Origin: Planctomycetia bacterium
GTDB lineage: Bacteria > Planctomycetota > Phycisphaerae > FEN-1346
Direction: 5' to 3'
NCBI GenBank assembly: GCA_003170085.1
Contig: PMZT01000246.1
Coordinates: 1-60,325, forward strand
Length of the DNA: 60,325 nt
The notes below the pieces were generated by a model. It saw only the letters and a program-made list of their open reading frames with translations. It was not told the origin of the DNA and searched no databases. A program made the translations under genes and the position numbers. Below, in pieces: positions 42,746-52,067 of this stretch (position 1 is its first letter; every line of letters begins with the position of its first letter).

Positions 42746-44305
42746 ATGAAGCTGACGGTTTGGCGAATCCTGTGCGTTGCCGCGTGCCTGGCGATGCTGG
42801 CTGCGTCGCAGGCGTGTGCGGCTGCGCAGGAAGGGCAGGCGGCTGCCTCGACCGCGCCGGCCAAGGTGGCGCCGGTGGAGCACATGCTGGGCGCCGGCAC
42901 GGCGTTCGCCACACCGTATTACGTGATCGACAGCGGTAAGCCCGGGCCGACCGTTATGATCAACGGCGGCATGCACGGCGATGAGCCGGCCGGTGCCGCG
43001 GCGGCGCGGCAGATCAGATTCTGGACGATCGCGCGCGGCAAGCTGATCGTTCTGCCGGAGGCGAACCGGCTGGCCCTTGAGGTCCGCACGCGCAGCACGC
43101 CGAAGGCCGTGGCGGCGAAGCTGGGCATGGAAGAGACCAACCTGAACCGCTGCTTCGCGTCGACGCGGAAGGAATCGCCCAAGGGGCCGCTGGCGGCGGC
43201 TATCTGGGCGGTGCTCAAAGAGGTGAAGCCGGAGTGGCTGGTCGACCTCCACGAAGGTTTTGCCGTTGCGGGCGAGAACTCGAGCAGCGTCGGCAGCTCG
43301 GTGATTTCCTCGCGGTCCCAGGAGGCACGTGGCGAGGCGCAGGCGATGGTCGACGAGGTCAACGCCACGCTGACCGATGAAGAGATGCGGTTTCTGGTGA
43401 AGTCGCAGCCGATCGCCGGCAGCCTGGCCCGCGCCGCGGCCGACGTGATGGGCGTCCACTCGATGATCGCGGAAACCACGACGGGCGACCAGCCGATTTC
43501 ACTCCGCTCGCGCCAGCACCGGCTCATGGTGCACCGGTTGCTCGCGGACCTGAAGATGGAGCCGTGCAGCGTTGAGGTCGTGATGGGCGACGCCGCCGGG
43601 AAGATCCGCGTGGCGATCTATGACGGCGAGGGTGCGCACCAGGGCCTCAGCATTGACCACAAGCTCGTGGATGGGAGCGACATGCTCGTGGAGCGGATCG
43701 GGCCGCCGGAACTCGGGGCCGGCGCGCTCGCGCACTTCGACGTGCTCATCATGCCGGGCGGCAGCGCCTCGGCCGAAGCGCGGAGCCTGGGCCTCGACGG
43801 TCGGCAGACGGTCCGACAGTTCGTTGCCGGCGGCGGCGGATACGTGGGAATCTGCGCCGGCGCCTACCTGGGCACGTCAACGTACCAGTGGTATTTGGGC
43901 CTCGTGAACGCGACCGTCGTGGACGGCGGCCGCGGCAAGGACGTTGTTACGATGGAACTTACGGCCGAGGGCCGCAAGCTCCTTGGCGAGAAGACGGCGC
44001 CGTTCGAGGTCCGATACGCGAACGGCCCGATCGTGGTTCCCGGGAAGCGAACGGACCTGCCGGCCTACAAGGAACTGGCGGTCTTTCGGACCGAATTGGA
44101 GATGATGGATCGCGAGCCCAACGTGCAGATGAACGGCAGCCCCGCCATTGTGGCGGCAACGCATCAGCGCGGCCGCGCAATGTGCATCAGCCCGCACCCG
44201 GAAGCGACGACGGGCCTCGAGGACCTGGTCCGCAGCGCCGTGCGCTGGGCGGCAGGGCGGGAGAGTACGAGCGCCACACCGTTGCCCGCCGCGGCCATCC
44301 CGTAG
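42746..44305 (+). CDS. secreted fusion protein: succinylglutamate desuccinylase/aspartoacylase-like (M14-type) domain plus class-I glutamine-amidotransferase-like domain
   Basis: Signal peptide, then VMINGGMHGDEPAG...VLPEANR (AstE/AspA-type Zn site). The C-terminal half has FDVLIMPGGSA...GGGYVGICAGAY (GATase1/DJ-1-like nucleophile elbow). The stop TAG lies inside the REP element. Confidence 0.6.
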   Translation: MKLTVWRILCVAACLAMLAASQACAAAQEGQAAASTAPAKVAPVEHMLGAGTAFATPYYVIDSGKPGPTVMINGGMHGDEPAGAAAARQIRFWTIARGKLIVLPEANRLALEVRTRSTPKAVAAKLGMEETNLNRCFASTRKESPKGPLAAAIWAVLKEVKPEWLVDLHEGFAVAGENSSSVGSSVISSRSQEARGEAQAMVDEVNATLTDEEMRFLVKSQPIAGSLARAAADVMGVHSMIAETTTGDQPISLRSRQHRLMVHRLLADLKMEPCSVEVVMGDAAGKIRVAIYDGEGAHQGLSIDHKLVDGSDMLVERIGPPELGAGALAHFDVLIMPGGSASAEARSLGLDGRQTVRQFVAGGGGYVGICAGAYLGTSTYQWYLGLVNATVVDGGRGKDVVTMELTAEGRKLLGEKTAPFEVRYANGPIVVPGKRTDLPAYKELAVFRTELEMMDREPNVQMNGSPAIVAATHQRGRAMCISPHPEATTGLEDLVRSAVRWAAGRESTSATPLPAAAIP

Positions 44306-44360
44306 GGGCACCCCCATGTGGGTGCCCTGGCGGTATGGCCGGACACGGCGGGCGGCCACG
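44302..44360. repeat. REP-like palindromic element, long variant, 3'-truncated copy
   Basis: gtaggggcacccccatgtgggtgccctggcggtatggccggacacggcgggcggccacg, preceded by ggccatccc as in the next copy. Confidence 0.85.
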
Positions 44361-44384
44361 ACGAAGTCCCGCCGTGGCCATCCC

Positions 44385-44458
44385 GTAGGGGCACCCCCAT
44401 GTGGGTGCCCTGGCGTTATGGCCGGACACGGCGGGCGGCCACGCGGGGCCGCCCCTAC
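44385..44458. repeat. REP-like palindromic element, long variant, complete copy
   Basis: Terminal inverted repeat GTAGGGGC...GCCCCTAC. Inner hairpins GGGCACCC/GGGTGCCC and GGCGGCC/GGCCGCC. It is tandem to the previous copy. Confidence 0.85.
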
Positions 44459-44477
44459 GGGTGACGGCATGCCGCGA

Positions 44478-47183
44478 CTACTTCTTCTCCGCCCGGCCCG
44501 CCATCTCGCGCAGGACCTTGCCGAGTTCCTCCATCGTCGCGCCGTAACCCGCCCAATCGAGCGACTTGATCTGCTGCTGCGCCTTCTCGTACAGTTCCAC
44601 GGCGTGAGCCCGCAGCGCCGCCGACGTTTGGCCTTCGGGCGGGCCGGCGGCAGGCTTAGCGGGCGCCGCCGGGCCCTCGCCAAACACGGCCTGGAGCGCC
44701 CCGTCAAACGTCTCGTCCATGGCGATGCGGTCCTGGTAGGAGACGATGACGCGCTTGAGTTCCGGAATCGCCGCGTTCTCGCTCTTCAGGTACAGCGGCT
44801 CGACGTACAAGATCGAGTCGCCGACGGGAATGACCAGGAGGTTCCCGCGAACGACGCGGCTGCCGTGCTGGTTCCACAGCGTCAGCAGGGGCGAGATCTT
44901 GTCGTTCTGGTTGATGCGGGCCTCGACCTGGTTCGGGCCGAAGACGAGGTGGTCCTTCGGGAAGGAGTAGCAGAGCATCTTACCGTATTCCTTCCCGTCG
45001 CAGCGGCCGGCGAGCCAGCCGACCATGTTGTCCTTACGCGAGGGCGTGAAAGGAAGCATGAGCAGGTATTCGGGCTGCTTCTCGCCCGGCAGGGTCATGA
45101 TGAAGTAGTACGCCTGGATCGGCTGCGTGTGGCCCTCATACACGTGGTTCGGCTGTTGCCAGAGGTCTTCCTTATTGTAGAAGATCCGCGGGTCGGTCAT
45201 GTGATAGGCCAGGTACTGCTCGGCCTGGGTTTCGAACATGTCCAGCGGGTATCGCAGGTGCGCCCGCAGTTCCTCGGGCATCTCCGCGATGTCCTTGCAG
45301 AGGTCCGGGAAGATCGTGCGCGCGACCTGCGCGAGCGGTTCTTTCGCGTCGATGACATAGAACGTCACGGTGCCGTCGTACGCGTCGACGACCGCCTTAA
45401 TTGGGTTCCGAAGGTAGTTCGTGCCGCCGTAGTCGCGGCGGGTGCGGTTGGAGTACGGGAACCGGTTGGTCCGGGTGTAAACGTCGGTGATCCACACGAT
45501 GCGGCCCTGCCATACGACCGGGTACGGGTCCTGGTCGTACTCGAAAAACGGGGCAATGGTGCGAAGACGCTCGATGATCTGCCGGCGCCAGAGCACCCGC
45601 GTTTCGGGCGTGAAGCTGTCGGTCAGCAGGATGTTCCAATCGCTGAAGTAGTAGGCGAACATCAGCCGCCGCAGGGTCGAGTTCACGGCGATGCCGCCGG
45701 TGCCCGCGTACTCGGCGTAGTGGTTCTCGCTGCCCAGCGGATAATCGAACTCCTTCTGGCTCGTGTGGACGTAGATCTCGTTGCGCGTCAGCTCGCCGAA
45801 ATAGATGCCCGGCTGCTTCAGGTCCATCCCGATCTTGCTCTGCGGCGGGATGTCGCGGACCCAAAGTTCCGGCAGGCCCTCGGGGGTCACCACGTTCACC
45901 GGGCTCATCACGAGGCCGTACCCGTGCGAGTACAGCAGGTGCAGGTTCACCCACGTTCGGCTCGACTCGTTCAGCAGCGCGGTCTCGAGCTCGCGTGCTG
46001 ACAGCGTGACCTGGCGATAGCGGCCCTCGATGGTGTAGCGGTCGACGTCGGCGTCGTTGAAGTGGTAGTACGGCCGCAGGGCCTGGATCTGGTTGTACAC
46101 CGACAGCAGCACCCGCCAGTCCCAGATGCGTACGTTCTCGATCGTGCCCGGCACGTTGCGGATGTCCTGGAGGGTGAGGTTGCCGGCGCCGGCATAGGGC
46201 TTCACCTCGACGTCGGCCAGGTTGTAGGCATAGCGCGTGGCCTCGATATTATTTTTGAGATACGGCAGCTCGTATTCCAGTTCGTTCGGCTCCACCGTGA
46301 ACCGCTGCATGAATGCCGGGTACGTCCAGATGGCGGAGCCATGCAGGAGGATCAACACCACGACCGAGCCGCCGGCGAGGATGCGGTGTCGCCGGATACC
46401 GCCCACGAGGAGCAGGACCGCCGCGATCACGCTTGCGACCATCATGACCTTGAGCATCGGCAACCGCATGTGCACGTCGGCGTAGCCCGCGCCGAAGACC
46501 GCGCCCTGCTTCGAAAGCAGCAGGTCAAAACGGTCGAGCCAGTAACCGAAGGAGACCACCACGAGAAGCAGGGCACCCAGCACCGCCAGGTGCGTCGACG
46601 CCGCCCGCGTGATCGGTTCGCCCGGCCAGCCGATCGCGCCGCCGACGAAGTATGCCACGCCCACGCCGATGGCCGCCAGGACGATGAGCGTCATCGCGTA
46701 CGTCTTGATCGCCGCGAGCACCGGCAGGACGAAGACGTAGAAGCCGGCGTCGTAGCCCAGGATCGGCTCGGTCCACCCGAAGCTCGGGAAGTTGTGGAAC
46801 TGAAGGATCGTGTACCAGTAATCGGTGGCCGCGGCGGCAGCCATGTAGGCGACCACCACGACGGCAATGCTGCCCACCAGCCACAGGAACCGCTTGAACG
46901 AGGGCGACGGAATCTTCCACGGCAGCCCTTTGAACTGGATGTATCGGCCTGGGGCCAGCCGCGCCGCCACCAACGCATTTACGCCCACCCAGATGACCGT
47001 CGCCAGGAACACGCTGACGCCCAGGGCGATGCGCGTCCAGAGTTCCGTCGTGAAGACCTTGGCGAAGCCGAGCGAGTCGAACCAGAGGAAGTCGACGTAG
47101 AGGCCCGAGAGCTTCGCCGCCGCCCACGCCACCACGGCGATGACGGCAATTGTGATGATCCAGCGTAGTTGGTGTTTTTTCAT
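44478..47183 (-). CDS. UPF0182 family large membrane protein
   Basis: About 900 aa. The N-terminal multi-TM region has LYVDFLWFDSLGFAKVFTTELWTR, characteristic of UPF0182. Start chosen at MKKHQLRW (ATG 47183). Confidence 0.8.
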   Translation of the reverse strand: MKKHQLRWIITIAVIAVVAWAAAKLSGLYVDFLWFDSLGFAKVFTTELWTRIALGVSVFLATVIWVGVNALVAARLAPGRYIQFKGLPWKIPSPSFKRFLWLVGSIAVVVVAYMAAAAATDYWYTILQFHNFPSFGWTEPILGYDAGFYVFVLPVLAAIKTYAMTLIVLAAIGVGVAYFVGGAIGWPGEPITRAASTHLAVLGALLLVVVSFGYWLDRFDLLLSKQGAVFGAGYADVHMRLPMLKVMMVASVIAAVLLLVGGIRRHRILAGGSVVVLILLHGSAIWTYPAFMQRFTVEPNELEYELPYLKNNIEATRYAYNLADVEVKPYAGAGNLTLQDIRNVPGTIENVRIWDWRVLLSVYNQIQALRPYYHFNDADVDRYTIEGRYRQVTLSARELETALLNESSRTWVNLHLLYSHGYGLVMSPVNVVTPEGLPELWVRDIPPQSKIGMDLKQPGIYFGELTRNEIYVHTSQKEFDYPLGSENHYAEYAGTGGIAVNSTLRRLMFAYYFSDWNILLTDSFTPETRVLWRRQIIERLRTIAPFFEYDQDPYPVVWQGRIVWITDVYTRTNRFPYSNRTRRDYGGTNYLRNPIKAVVDAYDGTVTFYVIDAKEPLAQVARTIFPDLCKDIAEMPEELRAHLRYPLDMFETQAEQYLAYHMTDPRIFYNKEDLWQQPNHVYEGHTQPIQAYYFIMTLPGEKQPEYLLMLPFTPSRKDNMVGWLAGRCDGKEYGKMLCYSFPKDHLVFGPNQVEARINQNDKISPLLTLWNQHGSRVVRGNLLVIPVGDSILYVEPLYLKSENAAIPELKRVIVSYQDRIAMDETFDGALQAVFGEGPAAPAKPAAGPPEGQTSAALRAHAVELYEKAQQQIKSLDWAGYGATMEELGKVLREMAGRAEKK

Positions 47184-47291
47184 GGTACCCCTTATGATAG
47201 ACACCCGCGTGTGCAGCCGCAACAGATTACGTTTAACGGTCCAGGTTTTGCTCTTGACACGCCCCCCTTGCCGCCGATATGTTTATCCATT

Positions 47292-47336
47292 ATGAAAGCG
47301 TTCGGCGAGAACCTGCTTCTGGGTCTTAGGAGATAA
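47292..47336 (+). CDS. putative leucine-rich leader peptide MKAFGENLLLGLRR (14 aa)
   Basis: The short ORF has 4 Leu in a 5-residue window. It lies upstream of a terminator hairpin and of leuA. Confidence 0.5.
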   Translation: MKAFGENLLLGLRR

Positions 47337-47374
47337 CTCCCGGGGCCGCCGCGCGCTTAAATCCGGATCACGTG

Positions 47375-47401
47375 GCCTCGGGAAACCCCCGAGGCTTTTT
47401 T
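47375..47401 (+). terminator. intrinsic terminator / attenuator hairpin GCCTCGGG-aaacc-CCCGAGGC followed by T6
   Basis: Read directly: an 8-bp GC-rich stem and a T-run at 47396-47401, 70 nt upstream of the leuA ATG. Confidence 0.75.
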
Positions 47402-47470
47402 GTTGGCTGAAAAACGGTTGCGGCGGGCGTCCGCCGCTATATAAGTAACGGACCCAAAAGGAGGCGTATC

Positions 47471-49042
47471 ATGGCCAGTCAGACCGACAAACGGGTGCTG
47501 GTGTTCGACACCACGCTGCGCGACGGCGAGCAGTCGCCCGGCGCCAGCCTGAACCTCACCGAGAAGCTGGAGGTGGCCCGGGCACTGGAACTCCTTGGCG
47601 TCGACGTCATCGAAGCGGGGTTCCCGATCACGTCGACCGACGACTTCGAGGCCGTTCGCGCCATTTCGCGCGAGGTCCGCAAGCCTGCCGTCTGCGGCCT
47701 GGCGCGGTGTGTGGCCAAGGACATCGACCGTGCCGCCGACGCCCTCGGCGACGCCAAGCGGCCGCGCATCCACGTGTTCCTGGCCACCAGCAAGATCCAT
47801 CGCGAGTTCAAGCTGCGCAAGGCCCGGAGCGAGATCGTCCGCCTGGCGATCGAGGGCACGAAACATGCCTGCGCTGCCGTCAAGGACGTTGAGTTCACGC
47901 CCGAGGATGCCGCGCGCACCGAGCCGGACTTCCTGGCCGAGGTCGTCGAGGCGGTCATTGCGGCCGGCGCCACGACCGTGAACATTCCGGACACGGTCGG
48001 CTGGTCCACGCCCGACCGGTTCCGCGGGCTGATCGAGTACCTGTTTGAGCACGTGCCGAACATCGGCAAGGCCGTCATCGCCGTGCATTGCCACAACGAC
48101 CTGGGCATGGCCGTGGCGAACACGCTGGCGGCGCTCCAGGCGGGCGCGCGGCAGATCGAGGTCACGGTCAACGGCATCGGCGAGCGGGCCGGCAACGCGG
48201 CGCTCGAGGAAGTCGTCATGGCCCTCGCGACGCGGCCGGACGTTTTCGGCGGCCTGAAAACGGGCATCCACACCGAGTTGCTGCACCGCACGAGCCACCT
48301 CGTGAGCCGCGTCACGGGCATGGTGGTGGCGCGGAACAAGGCGATCGTGGGCGAGAACGCGTTTGCCCACGAGTCGGGTATCCACGCCGACGGCATCCTG
48401 AAGGAACGCACCACATACGAGATTATGGACCCGAAATCGGTGGGCCTGGCCAAGAGCAAGCTCGTCCTGGGCAAGCACTCGGGGCGGCACCAGTTCCGGC
48501 AGCGGTTGACGGAACTGGGTTTCCGCCTGACCGATGCCGAGGTCGACGGGCTGTTCTTCGGCTCGTTCAAGACGCTGGCCGATCGCAAGAAGGAGGTCTT
48601 CGACGAGGATCTCGTGGCGCTGGTCGAGAGCGAGGTCACCCAGACGCCCGAGACGTGGAAGCTCTGCGGCTTCCAGGTGGCCACGGGCACCGGCGGCATG
48701 CCGACGGCCACCGTGGAGCTCGAGCGCTACGATACGAAAGAGCGTATCCGTGACGCCGCCACGGGCGACGGCCCGGTCGACGCGATCTTCCGGACGCTCG
48801 AACGCCTGACGGGCATCAAGCTGAAACTCGAGGACTACCAGATTCGCTCGGTCACGAGCGGCACCGAGGCGCAGGGCGAGGCCCGCCTCGAGGCCAGGTG
48901 TGGCGACCTCGTGGTGTCGGCCCGCGGCGTCTCGACCGACATCCTCGAGGCCAGCGCCAAGGCGTATCTGGGCGCGATCAATCGGGTGCTGGCGAAGAAG
49001 GCAATGAAGTCCAAAGTCAAAGGTCCAAAGCCCAAAGTCTGA
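47471..49042 (+). CDS. leuA: 2-isopropylmalate synthase
   Basis: AAGGAGG RBS. VFDTTLRDGEQSPG, HCHNDLGMAVANTLAA, and a C-terminal LeuA allosteric dimerisation domain. Confidence 0.92.
   Translation: MASQTDKRVLVFDTTLRDGEQSPGASLNLTEKLEVARALELLGVDVIEAGFPITSTDDFEAVRAISREVRKPAVCGLARCVAKDIDRAADALGDAKRPRIHVFLATSKIHREFKLRKARSEIVRLAIEGTKHACAAVKDVEFTPEDAARTEPDFLAEVVEAVIAAGATTVNIPDTVGWSTPDRFRGLIEYLFEHVPNIGKAVIAVHCHNDLGMAVANTLAALQAGARQIEVTVNGIGERAGNAALEEVVMALATRPDVFGGLKTGIHTELLHRTSHLVSRVTGMVVARNKAIVGENAFAHESGIHADGILKERTTYEIMDPKSVGLAKSKLVLGKHSGRHQFRQRLTELGFRLTDAEVDGLFFGSFKTLADRKKEVFDEDLVALVESEVTQTPETWKLCGFQVATGTGGMPTATVELERYDTKERIRDAATGDGPVDAIFRTLERLTGIKLKLEDYQIRSVTSGTEAQGEARLEARCGDLVVSARGVSTDILEASAKAYLGAINRVLAKKAMKSKVKGPKPKV
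49009..49040. repeat. degenerate 7-bp tandem array (GTCCAAA GTCAAAG GTCCAAA GCCCAAA GTC) forming the last codons of leuA
   Basis: Read directly; it encodes the tail SKVKGPKPKV. Confidence 0.7.
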
Positions 49043-49090
49043 GGTGGACGACTTCAGGGGCAGACGGTACGAAAGAAAGGTGACTGGCTC

Positions 49091-50353
49091 ATGGCAACAA
49101 CAGCACAAGTGAAGAAGGCCGTCCTGGCTTACTCCGGCGGCCTCGACACGTCGGTCATCCTGCCGTGGCTGCGCGAAACCTACGGCTGCGAGGTCGTGGC
49201 GTTTGTGGCCGACCTGGGGCAGGGCCCCGGCGAACTCGATGGCATCGTCGCGAAGGCCAAGCGGTCGGGCGCCTCGGAGGTCTACGTCGAGGACCTGCGC
49301 GAGGAGTTCGTGACCGATTACCTGTGGCCGATGCTCAAGGCCCACGCCATTTACGAGGGCAAGTACCTCCTGGGCACGAGCATCGCGCGGCCGCTGATCG
49401 CCAAGAAACAGGTGGAGTGCGCCCGCGCGACGGGCGCCGACGCCGTGGCCCATGGCGCCACGGGCAAGGGCAACGACCAGGTGCGGTTCGAGCTTACGTT
49501 CATGGCCCTCGCGCCGGACCTCCAGGTGCTGGTGCCGTGGCGCGATCCGCGCTGGACGCTCACGAGCCGCGAGGCCGCCCTCGAGTACGCCCAGGAGCGC
49601 GGCATCCCCGTGCAGCAGTCCAAGAAGAGCATCTACAGCCGCGACCGGAACCTGTGGCACATCAGCCACGAGGGCGCGGAGCTCGAGAACCCGATCAATG
49701 AGCCGCGGCCGGATGTCTTCGTCCTCAGCACGCCGGTCGAAAAGGCGCCCGACAAGGCTGAGTACGTTGACCTCGAGTTCGAGGCCGGCGTGCCGGTCGC
49801 CGTCAACGGCAAGCGCCTTGGCCCGGTCGAGGTCGTCGAGGAATTGAACCGGCTCGGTGGCAAGCACGGCGTCGGGCAGATCGACCTCGTTGAGAACCGG
49901 CTGGTGGGCATCAAGTCGCGCGGCGTGTACGAGACGCCCGGCGGCACGATCCTGTACGCGGCCCATGCGGCCCTCGAGGCCCTGTGCCTCGATCGCGACA
50001 CTCTGCATTACAAGCAGGGCGTGGCGTTGCGATATGCCGAATTGGTGTACTACGGCCAGTGGTTCACGCAGCTTCGCGAGTCGCTCGATGCGTTCATCGA
50101 CAAGACGCAGGAGAAGGTAACGGGCAAGGTGCGGCTGAAGCTGTACAAGGGCCAGGCGCTTTACGCCGGCGCCGAGTCGCCGTTCAGCCTGTACAGCGAG
50201 GACCTCGCGAGCTTCGTCATGGGCAAGTCGTACAACCCGCGGGACGCCACGGGCTTCATTCACCTGTTCGGCCTGCCGATGAAGGTGCGCGGCCTGATGG
50301 AGCGCAAAACGAAGCAGGCTTCGCAAGGCAGTGCGAAGCGCCGCAAGAAGTAG
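49091..50353 (+). CDS. argG: argininosuccinate synthase
   Basis: [22 protein letters not shown] and [13 protein letters not shown]. Confidence 0.92.
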   Translation: MATTAQVKKAVLAYSGGLDTSVILPWLRETYGCEVVAFVADLGQGPGELDGIVAKAKRSGASEVYVEDLREEFVTDYLWPMLKAHAIYEGKYLLGTSIARPLIAKKQVECARATGADAVAHGATGKGNDQVRFELTFMALAPDLQVLVPWRDPRWTLTSREAALEYAQERGIPVQQSKKSIYSRDRNLWHISHEGAELENPINEPRPDVFVLSTPVEKAPDKAEYVDLEFEAGVPVAVNGKRLGPVEVVEELNRLGGKHGVGQIDLVENRLVGIKSRGVYETPGGTILYAAHAALEALCLDRDTLHYKQGVALRYAELVYYGQWFTQLRESLDAFIDKTQEKVTGKVRLKLYKGQALYAGAESPFSLYSEDLASFVMGKSYNPRDATGFIHLFGLPMKVRGLMERKTKQASQGSAKRRKK

Positions 50354-50416
50354 GTCGCCGCGGCGACCGCGCGAAACCTAAGAAGCTGCGCTGTCGTACT
50401 ACGCAAGGCGCAACAC

Positions 50417-50944
50417 GTGAACCTTGTGCTCATCGGATACCGGTGTACCGGCAAGACCACGATCGGCCGCCTCATGGCCGACCGGTTGGGCTGGCCGCTC
50501 GTCGATACCGATACGCTCATCCAGAAGCGGGCGGGCAAGAGCGTCAAGGAGATCGTTGCGGCGGGCGGGTGGCCCGAGTTCCGCCTGCTCGAGCGCAAGG
50601 TAGTCGCCGATGTCTCGGCCGTTGACCGCCAGGTCATCAGCGCGGGCGGCGGGGCGATCCTCGATGCGGGCAATCGCAAGGCCCTGCGCGCGGGCGGCCT
50701 CGTCATCCTGCTGACCGCCGCGCCCGAGGTGATCTGGCAGCGGATGAAGGCCGACCCGAAAACGCTGGCCGAGCGCCCGAACCTGACCGACGCGGGCGGC
50801 ATCGCCGAGGTCCAGAGCCTGCTGGCCGAGCGACGGCCCCTTTACGAGGCCGCGCGCCATCACGCGATCGCGACCGACCAGGTCACGCCCGCCGCCGCGG
50901 CCGAGCAGATTCTGGGCTGGCTCAAGGCCGCCGGGCATGTCTAA
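50417..50944 (+). CDS. aroK: shikimate kinase
   Basis: GTG start. Walker A GYRCTGKTT, DTD, EFRLLE and GGGA, at the typical ~175 aa size. Confidence 0.85.
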   Translation: MNLVLIGYRCTGKTTIGRLMADRLGWPLVDTDTLIQKRAGKSVKEIVAAGGWPEFRLLERKVVADVSAVDRQVISAGGGAILDAGNRKALRAGGLVILLTAAPEVIWQRMKADPKTLAERPNLTDAGGIAEVQSLLAERRPLYEAARHHAIATDQVTPAAAAEQILGWLKAAGHV

Positions 50945-50969
50945 CATGACAGCGCTAGATTCAAACTGA

Positions 50970-50997
50970 GCGCGGCGGGTACGGAGACCCGCCGCGC
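50970..50997. repeat. 28-nt hairpin element GCGCGGCGGGT-ACGGAG-ACCCGCCGCGC (copy 2 of 2)
   Basis: Perfect 11-bp stem, located 26 nt after the aroK stop. Confidence 0.75.
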
Positions 50998-51053
50998 AAA
51001 TCCTTGAAAGTAGCACTGTCATACTAATCTCATGTTGACAAGGCGGGCGCGCC

Positions 51054-51971
51054 ATGAGCGTTGCCGTTGATTTTGCGAACTATCGCGGCGAACTTGCTGC
51101 CCTCGCCACCGCCTTCTGCTGGACGGCCAGCGCGCTGGCGTTCACCGCCGCGGCCAAGCGGCTGGGCTCGCTTGTCCTGAACCTCGTGCGCCTGGCCATC
51201 GCCCTGGGGTTCATGACGCTTTACGGGTGGCTCGTGCGCGGCCTGCCGCTGCCCACCGACGCCACCGCGCACAACTGGCTGTGGCTGGGCCTGTCGGGCC
51301 TCGTGGGTTTCACCTTCGGCGACCTGTGCCTGTTCCGGGCGTTCGTCCTGATCGGGCCGCGCGTGACGATGCTCCTGATGGCGCTCGTGCCGATGATCGC
51401 CGCGATCGTCAGTTGGGCGGCGCTGGGCGAGGCGCTCCCCTGGACCGCCGGCGTGGGCATGGCGCTGACGATCGGCGGCGTGGCCTGGGTGGTCCTCGAA
51501 CAACGGCCGCCGCACCCCGAACTGCCGCACACGGTCTCGGCTACGGGCATCCTGCTGGCGCTCGGCGCCGCGGCGGGCCAGGCCGTGGGCCTGGTGCTGA
51601 GCAAGGTGGGCATGGCCGGCTACGATCCGTTTGCATCAACGCATATCCGCACGATCACCGGCCTCGGGGGCTTTGCCGCCATCTTCCTGGTGACGGGCGC
51701 GTGGCCGCGACTGGCCGCCGGCCTGAAGAGTGGCGCGGGGATGGGCTACGCCTCGATCGGTGCCCTGTTCGGCCCGTTCATCGGCGTTTCGTTGTCACTT
51801 GTGGCCATAACATACACGTGGGTGGGAGTGGCGGCGACGATCATGTCGATCGTGCCCGTGCTGATCATCCCGTTCATGATGGTGATTTATCGCGAGCGGG
51901 TAAGCACGCGCGCCGTGCTTGGCGCCCTGGCGGCGGTGGCCGGCGTGGCTGTACTCTTTCTGTGGCGGTGA
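51054..51971 (+). CDS. EamA/DMT-superfamily transporter (10 TM)
   Basis: 305 aa with two EamA-like halves. ALATAFCWTASALAF and LGEALPW are typical. Confidence 0.8.
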   Translation: MSVAVDFANYRGELAALATAFCWTASALAFTAAAKRLGSLVLNLVRLAIALGFMTLYGWLVRGLPLPTDATAHNWLWLGLSGLVGFTFGDLCLFRAFVLIGPRVTMLLMALVPMIAAIVSWAALGEALPWTAGVGMALTIGGVAWVVLEQRPPHPELPHTVSATGILLALGAAAGQAVGLVLSKVGMAGYDPFASTHIRTITGLGGFAAIFLVTGAWPRLAAGLKSGAGMGYASIGALFGPFIGVSLSLVAITYTWVGVAATIMSIVPVLIIPFMMVIYRERVSTRAVLGALAAVAGVAVLFLWR

Positions 51972-52006
51972 CGCGGGCACAACATAAACGACCAAGCCGG
52001 AGGATG

Positions 52007-52060
52007 TAGGGGCACCCCCATGTGGGTGCCCTTGGGCGGCCACACGGGGCCGCCCCTACA
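52007..52060. repeat. REP-like palindromic element, short 54-nt variant
   Basis: gtaggggcacccccatgtgggtgcccttgggcggccacacggggccgcccctac, lying between two convergent stops. Confidence 0.9.
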
Positions 52061-52067
52061 GAGGCGT

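Noticed and set aside
47254-47283. Sigma-70-like promoter TTGACA-N17-ATATGT upstream of the leucine leader
   Set aside because: The predicted transcription start would fall only about 2 nt before the leader ATG (47292), leaving no room for a ribosome-binding site. It may be real (leaderless) but I cannot support it.
47357-50326. 989-aa minus-strand ORF spanning the leuA-argG region
   Set aside because: It is antisense to two unmistakable housekeeping genes. Its composition is Arg/Ala/Gly/Leu/His-rich with no recognisable motif. It is the usual long shadow ORF of high-GC DNA.
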